Assembly: GCA_010909165.1 (NCBI GenBank)
Contig: MU008189.1
Span: forward strand, 496,001 to 560,000
Length of the DNA: 64,000 bases
Direction: 5' to 3'
Source of the DNA: Anthoceros angustus
Lineage: Eukaryota > Plantae > Anthocerotophyta
Shown here in pieces: positions 13,301-23,800 of this stretch (position 1 is the stretch's first letter; the number at the start of each line of letters is the position of its first letter). The translations under genes and the position numbers were made by a program. The notes below the pieces were generated by a model that ran no database searches, was not told the origin of the DNA, and worked only from the letters and a program-made list of their open reading frames with translations.

Positions 13301-15728
13301 CTGCAAAGAGCGTCCAGAGTCCGAGAATGCTCCCAAGGTTTTGATCTCAATTCAGCATGTGTACACTGACTTTAGACAGGAGAGCATTGATGTCAACTTA
13401 CCAGCGGCAGCAGATGAGGCGGATTTTGAAGACCATAGCTATGTTATGTCTAGTCCATGTCAGAATTTGTCTGCTCTGCACAGACCAGATGAGATTGATG
13501 TAAATTTACCAGCACCCGACGAGAAGATGGAGGATGCTGAAGTTTGGGAGGCGGATGCCAAATTGACAACTGAAAGCCAGAGGATAGATGCAGAAGGTGA
13601 AAAAACTCTGGATGTGCAAGTTTCTCTCGAGGATCAGATTGGAAAGGTTGGAGAAGAGAGAGGAGGCCAGGATGGTGGTGTTAGCATCGATGGTGAGGTT
13701 AGTATGGAGAGTGATCTCTGCATGGAAGATGATGCCGGAGCTAGGCAAGCTCATCAGTACTTGGTGTTCATAGAAGAGTTTTCGGAAAGGGATGGGGTAG
13801 AGTGCGTCAGCCTGCAGGATCCTGTGAACATGGGAGGGCAATTCGATGAGAGGTATGCAGATGATGAAGCCATTATTCCACTAGTAGCAGTGGAGGATAC
13901 GACTGGGAAGGACAGAGAGCTTGAAGATGGCCACAATCTGAATGATGATCTGTTGATGACAGCTCAATCTCAGGAGGCAGAGATGGATGCAGGGGGCAAA
14001 GAAACCCTTCATTCTTTATCTTCAGATGATCCAGCTGCAATGGGCGGGAAGGCAACAGGAGTTCAGAACGCTGTCAACTTGCAGGCTGACTGTCAAGGTA
14101 TGCTGGACAGTGATGTGCAGGGTGCAGTAGCTCGGATGGAATCAGCATCTGTACATTATGTTACGTTGTTGGATCAAGACAACATAGATGTTCAGACTGG
14201 TGCTAATGCTCTGGACGATGTAAGCATGAGAGAGCCAACTCAGGATGCAGAAGCCATGCAATCTCAGGATCAGATACTTGCCCAACATGATGCAACTGCC
14301 ACAGATGGAGGAGCGATGGATGTTGAAGGCATTGTCAGTGTAGCAGATGTGCAGGTTACAGCAGGAACACCAGCTCAATCTCAGATGGATGCAGGGTGCA
14401 GAGAAACCCTTCATTCTTTATTTCCAAATGATGCAACCGCCACAGATGGAGAGGCGATGGATGTTGAAGGCAGTGCCAGTGTGGCGGTTGATGTGCAGGT
14501 GACAGCAGGAACACCAGCTCAGTCTCAGATGGGTGCAGGGGGCAGAGAAACCCTTAATTCTTTATCTCCTGATGATCCAGCTGTAGCGGGCGGGAAGGCA
14601 ACAGGAGTTCAGAACGTTGTCAACTTGCACGCTGACTGTCATGGCATGCAGGACAGTGATGTGCAGGGTGAAGAAGCTGTGATTGAATCAGCATCTGTAC
14701 ATGATGTTGCATTGTTGGATCGAGACAACATAGATGTTCAGATGGGTGCTGATGCTTCTGCCATGGTTGAAGGGGCGATGGATGTCGAAGGCAGTGCCAG
14801 TGTAGCGGATTATGTGCAGGTGACAGCAGGAACTCCAGGTTCGAATCAGCCAGTTGATCCACGTGATGCACCTGTGACAGATGCTGGCACCCCAGCGATT
14901 GAATCAAATGCCACAACAGATGAGCAGAAGGCTGAACAGTCTCCCCATCGTTCATCGTCTTCAAATGATATAACTATGCTGGAGGAGGTAGGCAACGAGG
15001 CTCAGAATAATATCAACTTGCAGGATGATGCGGAGTACGAAGCTCACAACATGATCAACCTCCAGGATGACGCCAGCTTGACACCTCGAGCCATGGAACT
15101 AAACGCGGGAGGGGAAGCTCCTGTAGACCAACCCGTAGCCCTCGAAGTTGTGCCTGAGCCTGAACAAGAACCAAGCCAGCAGGTAACCCCCACCATCACG
15201 GAACGGGATGACGCCGTGATCACAGCGAGTTGCCCTGCCGAAGATGCAGTCGAAGGACCCAACCACACCTCTGCTCCCACAGATGGTACACATCTCCATC
15301 CTGTATCAGCACTGGCTCTACCTGACCCAGGTGAGCAAGTCCCAGGCTGTCCTACCCTCCAATCTGAAATGGCCGCAAGCCACTCAGAAGCGGGCAATCC
15401 AATGGGAGGCATCTGTCCATCCGGGAACGCAGCCGAGGATGTCGGCAACCGGCGTGTGGCAGCAGCAGCGGAAGGACAGGATCAGGGCAGCGTAATTCCC
15501 GACAGATGTGGTACTCCCACTGTGCCACATACAATCATCGAGCTACTGTCAGACGACGACGAGATCGAAGTGATCGACGCACCGCGGTTTATTCCTCGCA
15601 GGCCCAGGTGGGCTGCAGGACCCACCCAACCACGGTGGCCCTCCTCCCACCAGATGCGCACACCAGGTGGAGCAGGCACCTTTACCTCGCTCCTCCGATT
15701 TGTGGAGGAAAATGGGCCGAGCGCGTGA
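10301..15728 (+). CDS. Large coiled-coil + C4HC3 RING-type finger protein with long acidic repetitive tail (~1720 aa if spliced 10301-12152 + 12415-15728)
   Basis: ORFs 10220-12382 and 12300-15728 join in frame through a phase-1 intron, GTGAGC at 12153 to TTTCACAG at 12414. Heptad-rich region at ~11040-11640; C-x2-C-x13-C-x-C-x2-H-x2-C-x10-C-x4-C at 11726-11851. The start codon is uncertain. Confidence 0.7.
13960..14840 (+). repeat. Internal coding repeats in the acidic tail
   Basis: Two copies of an ~80-aa unit (ETLxSLSxDDPAxxGGKATGVQNxVNLxADCxGMxDSDVQG...DNIDVQ) and three copies of AMDVEGxxSVA(x)VQVTAGTP, visible in both DNA and protein. Confidence 0.9.
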
Positions 15729-17141
15729 CATCATTAGAGTGTCTAGGAAACTGCTACTCTAGAGCGTTTTCGCCCACCATCATGGTAACATTGTTGAAAG
15801 TATAAAGCCCAGCGACCACGAAGATTCCGACGAAGCTTCGTCCAGATTCCCGGGACTGACTGTCGCCTCTGTTCCCATCGACGTCAGTAGCTTGCCTTGG
15901 AAGGCCTCGTGCCCGGGGACTCCAGACATGCGGGGCCTTCGGCTCGACGAAGAGCCAGTCAAAAAGTGGCACAGGGGAGAATCGCATCATCGGACCTTCG
16001 TCTGTAGCTCCTTCAGTTCCTCGCTCTTAAAACTTTGCAGTTGATTTCCGGGGACGGTGTCTGTGTAGGTGTGGGCCAAGGCCTCGTTCGGCTGCAGACG
16101 TCCCTGGCTGGCGAGATGACACATGTAAGCAGGCAGTTCCTTCAGCGCATTCACGTGGAGTTGGGCTCATAACGTCGCGGCGCGGAAGGCGATGGCATCG
16201 CGGAGCCACATCCAGGAAGGCTTCTTCACGTGGATTCGATATTTCTGAATCCGTTGCCTCTCCAGTGAAAATCGCAGAAGCGGCTCTTGGAGCGCCACTT
16301 GGGGCCCGATGGCCGAGGAGGCGGGGTTACGCGTTATACTAGCTTACTAAAGTCCTGAGTTATGGTACGAGCAGGCTTATTCCATGCCCGGTCGTCACCG
16401 CATATGGAGCCGCCGGGTTAAAGCGCCCACGCTCTTCATACTAGGTACCGGATAATGATCAATCACGAGGAGGAGCGGGGATTGGGCAGATGGAGGGGCC
16501 TATAGTGGGGTCGTTTTCGGAATACAGTAATTGGGGCGTAAAGCAGGCCCTGCGCCACAAGGCCCACACGCTCGGCTGATATCACCGGATCTGCTTGAAC
16601 GGATAGTTTGACGGAACGAGCGGTTGGTTGCGCCGTCCACCGCTCCACATAGCTGGCCATGCTTGGCTTGGGAAGGCGTTGTCGGAATTCCCTGTCCCTC
16701 CGTGCCGCTGTGCCCCTGTGCCAGCGATTGCTTCGGCACTGTCGTCACCTGCGGCGAGAGCGGACAGAAATGAATTGGACGAAAATCTGGAATCGGCAGT
16801 GGAAAGCGGAGGAGCTGCTGAGCTTAACTGCACAGTAGCTTTCATTATTCTGTAGCACTTGGAGAATCTGAAAGAGGTTGCGAACCTCAACAGTGCGCGG
16901 TGGCTTGAATCCACACAATACTACAAAAGGGATTCTATGGCCCCCGAGCTCATGAAAGGACTATGGATAACAAGACAGGGAGCTCGCAATCTGCGTCACG
17001 ACAAGGAAAAACATCATCATGGCAAGAATGATCACATTATTGAAGGATCTTCCTGCTACACAAGATCATACTGCTCACAGCACCTGAAAACCGAAATATA
17101 CTTGCAAGGAAGCGCCAGGGTCGATCTTCGGCTTCAATATA

Positions 17142-17255
17142 CAGTCCACCCGTTCTAAGAATTGAATGCCATTCAGGCCTGACATACGGCCGAGCTAACG
17201 GGCAAGCATCGTGAGTTAGGCCTGAATGACATTCAACACTTAGGACGGTCGACCG
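17142..17255 (-). ncRNA. Candidate pre-miRNA hairpin
   Basis: Arms 17162-17183 (ttgaatgccattcaggcctgac) and 17215-17236 (gttaggcctgaatgacattcaa) pair at 20/22 positions, with an imperfect lower stem extending to 17142/17255. The strand is inferred from the upstream TATA box. Confidence 0.55.
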
Positions 17256-17755
17256 GGTCGCTCGACTCTTCACGCTCTCCAGCTTCCCGTTGTGCGTGCA
17301 TGCGCAACCATTAAGCAGCACCGAATAGTGTCCAAAAACACATCTATACCTCTTTTCAGAAACAGAAGACATGACAGCTTTCCACCACAAGCGACGCAAT
17401 CGCGGGTCAGCAATTCTTGGACGTGTCCTTAAGCAAGCACATCCTCATGATCAATCACGAGAGGAAACCTTCTAAAACCCTGCCTTCCTCGTCCTGTTCA
17501 AGACCGCCACTCTTTCCGGATCCAGCCACATTTGCACCGGCATCACTGACCACACACAGAAAACCACCCGCACGCACCAAGCATCAGTCAACCACGCTGT
17601 GTCTGCAATCAGAGAAGGGTTACAAAAAGAGAAGACTGAACACAAGGCACGCAGCCACACAGTCACACAAAGACAGCGCTAGGCGAGCACGCTTGTAGCA
17701 CAAGACAGGAGGAGAGACGCAAACCGAATGCCTTGAGCCTGCAAGAGCAGCCACA

Positions 17756-17762
17756 ATTTATA
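17756..17762 (-). promoter_or_regulatory. TATA box (TATAAAT) of a putative non-coding transcript
   Basis: TATAAAT on the minus strand followed by a pyrimidine-rich leader (gtctctcctcctgtcttgtg); no long ORF downstream. Confidence 0.45.
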
Positions 17763-19271
17763 AGCGGAGCATGAGCAGAAGCGGACACTCGCACCGTTCA
17801 CATGCAACGACGGCACTTCACAACTTGGCCGGCAAGTGCACGCAGACTGCCGGCTCCATTCTGTGCGCGAGAGAACAGCTTCAAGTGTGGCGCCAGCGGC
17901 AAGCCCGCTTAGTCTGGGCCTGGGGCCCCACGCATCTCACCAACCCCCATTAAAGCTGTCCCTGTACCTTGTTAATGGAGGAGGAAAACACCGGAAACCG
18001 TCCGCGTTAAATTAAAATACCAGAATCTGTCCTTCCCCACGCTTGGATTACTAAGAGCCTTGGCTTGCTATGCTCGAGTTTTACGCGTGTCAAATATTTA
18101 AAGTATAAAATTATATTTATCATCTACATGGTCTACGAGTTAGTGGTGCCAATTGACTCCTGTCGTGTATAATATGGCTTCTCCTACTTTGTCTTTAGAA
18201 CCACAAGAACTAGGTACTACGGACGCCCGGCAGTATTTGTCAACAAGCTTGACTCCACATGTGGACCGTATTTTTTCAACATTCCTGACTTAGACTCGTA
18301 CTATACTTTTTCAAATTGTTAACAACCTCGACCGTATGTGGATGATATTTTCTCAACAATTCCTACGTAAATATTGATTGACGATAAGTTTTCAGCAACT
18401 ATGACAATAGGTAAACTCTTTTAAAACAAATTCAAGGTTGTGACATTATGGAAACACTAGGGAACCTATTATTTAAGTAGTAAGGAGTCTATTCATACAA
18501 CATAATTCTCCAACTCACTTATCCTTACGAAGTCTCCTGCAATAATAAAAAGTTGAATTATGTATTTTGTTCCTTTCATTATCCTCTTAGTGCATTGTTT
18601 ACCTTCCGACATGATAACAAGTCTTGATTTCTTTTATGTGAAAATCTTTTATTTGCACTACAATGTATAGGAGGTTTATGAAATGCAAAAGAAAGTGAAA
18701 CCATGGCGGAATTACATCTATTAAGACCTTTCAAAGAGCCAGAAAAAGACTTACAATAAAAGAAGTAAATAAATATTTCTTCCACCGTACCATGTGAGGA
18801 AAGGACAATCATACCAGGTAGTTATGTACTAACATATATGATATATCTTACCACAATTCTTCATGTCTTGTCAAGGGATATAACCCTCTATTATAAGTAA
18901 GGGATGAAAGTTTGGTTTTTCTGTATTCCTTTAATTTATATTTAATTATTTAGTAAATATGATATTTTATCATATGCATAAAATAAAATAAGTAAGATCG
19001 ATAAAAAATATTGGTATATAGAAGATAGTATATTTAATATTATTTCTTATGTATCTAGAATAATATGAGTGATCATTTAATTCATTTTATTTGTCACATG
19101 CATATAAAAATAAGGTTAATCGTACAATTAATTTTATCAGCTTTCATAAATTCTTACGATGTATAAACACACAACCATCATGTACAAATGGCCGGGAACT
19201 ACACAATCGAGGCTGCTTGTGTTCTAGTACTATGGCTCCGATGGATGGACGAGCAAACGACCCACAAGATT

Positions 19272-19411
19272 GTGTGGTGATGAATCTCCTTCTCGCATAC
19301 AACCATTCCATTCCTTGCAACAACATAAACCCTTGGTACTCGTGTGGTGATGAGTCTCCTTCTCGCATACAACCATTCCATTCCTTGCAACAACATAAAC
19401 CCTTGGTACTC
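19272..19411. repeat. 70-bp tandem duplication (2 copies, 1 mismatch)
   Basis: 19272-19341 and 19342-19411 are identical except tgaatc/tgagtc. Confidence 0.95.
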
Positions 19412-19529
19412 GGTGCAGCTTCGGTGTCTAATCCATTCACCTGCGGAGAGGAGAGACGAAAGCAATCCAAAAACTCGCCATTATTTGTGGTGAAGAAGGA
19501 GGAGAAGGAGAAACCCTAGAAGCTTCTTT

Positions 19530-20260
19530 GCTTAATAAGGGAAAAAACCATAGAAAGAAGCCCATCCCCCAGGGGATAACCAAAGAGGACAACGAGGGTC
19601 AAGATGAAAAGGAGCAACTAAGCTCCCTACCTAAAGCTACCTACTGCTCCCAAAGCACCTGGAAGAAAAAAAGCCGGCAGATCATGGAGGAGAGGAACAA
19701 TCGTCACCTGCCGTCGCCGCCTTGTGAAGGATTGCCATCGAAAGAGCCCTTCGAAAGGCATGGAGACCTGTTGTCTAAAGTAAGTTGTGAAATAAGAAAG
19801 GGATAGCCCGTACCAGATTTTACACAGGACTTGAGAAATTTATCGAAGTTCTCAACCATAACCTCATACGTCTTAAGTGCGAGCGGAATAAAGAGGTGAC
19901 CTGCTTGCTTTCCGCTGTATTTCCTTCTGAGCTGCAGCTGGAGTGATAACCCGACCGGAAGTAATGTCACGACATAATGACTTGTCGCGACATAATGAGT
20001 TGTCGCGAACATGTTGTAACCACCACGTCGACAGGTCTTGCCACCGAAACATGGTCACCGCGAACAAAGTACAAATTAGCCCAGATTGAGACCTGTACGA
20101 GTCACCGCGGACAAGCTACAAGTCAGTCCTGATTGAGTAACCCGTACGACAAAGTGTATCTCGCTCCCTTCATCCATGTAGCTGCTGTGGTGGCAAACAT
20201 GACATCGCGAACTGCGTCCTGGGTGGCGGCGAAACCCTGGAAGTACATTACACTATGTAC
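19530..20260 (-). mobile_element. Degenerate 3' fragment of CRE-like (RLE) non-LTR retrotransposon
   Basis: ATQDAVRDVMF (~20190-20230) and RKY...GHLFIPLALKTY..M...DKFL match the endonuclease/C-terminal motifs of the copies at 33.7 and 57.6 kb. Confidence 0.6.
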
Positions 20261-20810
20261 AATCTCGTTATTCACGAATTTCGGGGACGAGAGAGGAAGG
20301 TGACCACAGGAAGGTGACGAGAAATCATGTGAAGCGTGTGGGTATCCGATGTGCAGCCATCGAAAGTAACGGGCCATGTCGCGGCACGGCCAAGCGGGCG
20401 TAGAACCCGTCGCTTCATAGGCACTGCGTTTTCTTTGAGGTCTCCACTGTTCTCGCGACCGTCTCCGACCCTCTACACTGCACTGGCCTCAGGGCAACGG
20501 ATCGTACGCATCTGCGACCTCGTGATCTCCCTCTCGGTTGCGTGCGGAAATCTTCCTCCTCGCTTGCCGGGCTTTTGGGTTCACGGCACTGACCCGCTCA
20601 GCTCCGGATCGGGACCAGGTATTCGCACTGCTTCCTCTAGCCCTAACTCTCTCTGCACTGTCCACATGATGAATCTGTGAAAAGGGATGCTTTTGTGCTG
20701 AATCGGGTCTCCGCAGCTTGGGCGGGACGCTATTCCATGCCGAGATCAGGTGGCCTGGTATCGCCTTGATATCCCAGCCTTTTAGGCGTGGTTCCTCTGC
20801 GGACGCGAGG

Positions 20811-23800
20811 ATGTTGAACAAGTTGCTGCCCCGGCGGGCCTCTTCGCTGTCCTCGCAGGTATTGCCATGGCTTCTGAATGGGTGTTTTTGATGAGGAGGC
20901 AGTATCTGAGCCCATGGTCTAGCTGTAAACGGCGTAATAGCAAGCCTGGAAGTAGGTCTGGAAACTAGGCAAAGTCTTGAGCAGCTTAGCTCTGTTGTTT
21001 GGATCCGGAATGGTGTTGATGCAGCTGCATCGTGTCCAACCTGTTGGTTGGAATGCCAGCAATCTTCATAGCCTGCTTGTTTTTTACTCTGATTCTGCTG
21101 TGGTGAGAGAGTGCGACGTTACCTTAAACCCTAAACCCCCATTGGTCCTGAATCCATCGCTGAAAGGTTGTAAACTCTGCCAGCTGACTAGTCAACAATG
21201 CTGCAATTGAAGTTTTTGTTGTTAGGGCAAGGATGGATTGGCTATGCAGGGTGCTGAAAGGAGTGATAGTCCTCGAGTGAGCATATCTAAGGAACCAGGC
21301 AGTGAATCTGAGGCAACCGTAAGCTCAAAACAGTAATGATTACAAGCACATGCTGTTGCCCTAAAACCGAGAAGGCTGATAAAGAGAGTTGTTTCAGTGC
21401 AATATGTCTTATAGCCTGCTGTGCTGGAAAACAGACGTCTCAGGGAGTGGCCCAGAACCTGCCCACAGGAGCATTGAAAGGGGCGGAGGTGGAGCTGACC
21501 TTGACAGGCCATAGCGGAGTACCAGCCACCGCCCTACTTCTGGCTTATGAGCCAGTACAGAGACTGCTAGCTGTTGGAACTAGGTACGCGGTGGCAAGTA
21601 CTTGAAATAGTGCCGTTGCTACGGCGTCAGGGATGGTGTCTGGCTGCTTACTCAATGTGTCTAATGTGATATTCGCTTGGGTCTGTTCAGGGATGGTCGT
21701 GTAAAGCTGTTTGGTGCTGATGGCTCAGAGGATCTATTACTGTCTGCAGGACGGGACCCATGCAAATATCTGGAGGTGTGGTTTGTGATGTGGATTGGTG
21801 TTCCTGTATTCTGCAAATCAGATGGTTGCTTTGTGTCTCGGAAGTGTTTCTGATGCAACTTTTTTTCTTGTCAGTTTATTTACAACCAGAATGCTTTGGT
21901 TCATGTATCTACTACAAATGAAATCAAGGTACATGTTGTCCGTCACCAGTGCTTGTGTTGCTTGAACTTGAGTGCGGACCCTTCTCTCAGACAGATTCAA
22001 GCGTTTGTCTGTCTAGTAGCTTCCTTGATGCAAGACATTTGAAATGCTTGGTGGCTTGCAGGTTTTTGATGTCAATGACAGAGAGCTGGCTGCATCTCTA
22101 CAGTGGGCTAGCTGTGTCACAGCCTTCACTGTCGCACAGGGAACTATGTTCATGTATGTTCTGATTGGCACCAGCCCTCCCACTTTCTCCCTTTTCTTTC
22201 CAGTGATATGCTGTTCAAAAGGATGTGTACCTTGTACATCATACACTATAGCACCAGCATGCTCCCTCGTCCAAAATTGGAGGTCTCATGGTGTCACTTT
22301 GCCTCAGGTACATTGGGGATGAATCCGGAACGGTGAGCATTGTGCAATATTTGCCTGAAGAAGGGATACTTTCTGTCATGCCATATTCTGTGCCAAGCCA
22401 TCTCACTCTCCGTAAGTGATGTACTTTGGAAGGGTAGCTCTTGCTCTATGCTGTCTTATTGAACTGCTCCAAGTTGTATTTTTCCACTATTGCTTCTGAC
22501 AGCCATGCACTGGCTTTACAGCTGGCCTGGTTGAGTTTGGAAGCACTGATGGGGGCATTGTTGTTGCAATTTTGCCCCAACCTGGAGCTATTCACAACAG
22601 GCAAGCTCCCCATCTTAGTCAATGGCCTTATGAATGTCCCATCTGCCACTCTGGTCTTATCACTCAGCTCACACTCAATCGACCTTCCTGGCAGAATTCT
22701 GATTGCATATTCAATTGGCTTGGTGGTTCTCTGGGGCCTCTACGAGGAGGAACCTTTACTTATAAGGGGCGGGTCAAAGAATCAGCATTCCAGGCTTAAA
22801 GGTCCGCCAGCTGGAAGGGCATCTCTGCCATTGTCACTTGATGATGAGGATGATCCACAGGAAATAAGCAATGCCTGTTGGGCTAGCCTGTCGGGAAAGC
22901 TTCTGGCTGTTGGCTACCTCAATGGGGATATTGGCCTGTGGCATATTCCAAATCCGTTTTCTTCGAAGAAGGCAGAGGGTGATGCTTGGTCACCTCTGCA
23001 ATTGGTGAAGCTAGTACCAACAGAACAACGCCTTCCAGTTTCTTCCTTAAATTTCGCAGCAAGTGGGCAAAGTTATGGTCGTTTGTACGTACTGGGTGGA
23101 GGCGACTGTCAGCATCCTTTGAAGATAACTGTGAGTAGGTAAATATGGATGTAGTCTGTTCATGAGAAAACATCTCAGAGATGCAGATCCTTGCAAACCA
23201 AGGCTGCTGTCTGGGAAAGGCCGCTGCATTTGTAAATTCTTCTGCATTTTAGGTTCATGTGGTTCATGAAGCATCGCGTGCTGCGTGTCTTTGTTTTCCT
23301 TTTCTTGTACAGTCTGTTTGCTTGATGCGTCTTGCCGAAAAGGAGATGCAGTATAGTGAATATCTCTGAATATTGGAGCATTTACTCTAGCTTGAATTAT
23401 CTGTGTTTTGCAGGTGCTTGCTGTAGCTGAGGACGAGCCTGGGAAGTTGCCTGCCCAAACAGAGCTCCCTTGGTTTGGCCCTGTTGGAGATTTTCGGCTT
23501 CTCAGAGACACAGAGGATGTCTATGGTTCAGCCAGTGGCATTGCAGTTCTAGACAGTTCCGGTCAGCTTCGCACATATGATGAAAGGACAATTGCAGGTG
23601 CGATTGACTCGGATAAGATCAGTGTATCGGACCTGCAACCTGCTCCTGTCCACCTTCGGCTGTCTGAGTCAAGCATTACTGCTGCCAAGGCCTTCTTGCT
23701 GACGGAGACTGATGTGGCATTTCGCATTGTGTTAAAGGTAAGCCCGAGGCTTTTTCTTACACACCAGAGAAGGATGTATTCAGATTCTTGCTGATCTGGC

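Noticed and set aside
15754-16914. Chain of short minus-strand ORFs as a protein-coding gene
   Set aside because: Frames contain repeated stops and no domain; more consistent with a non-coding transcript.
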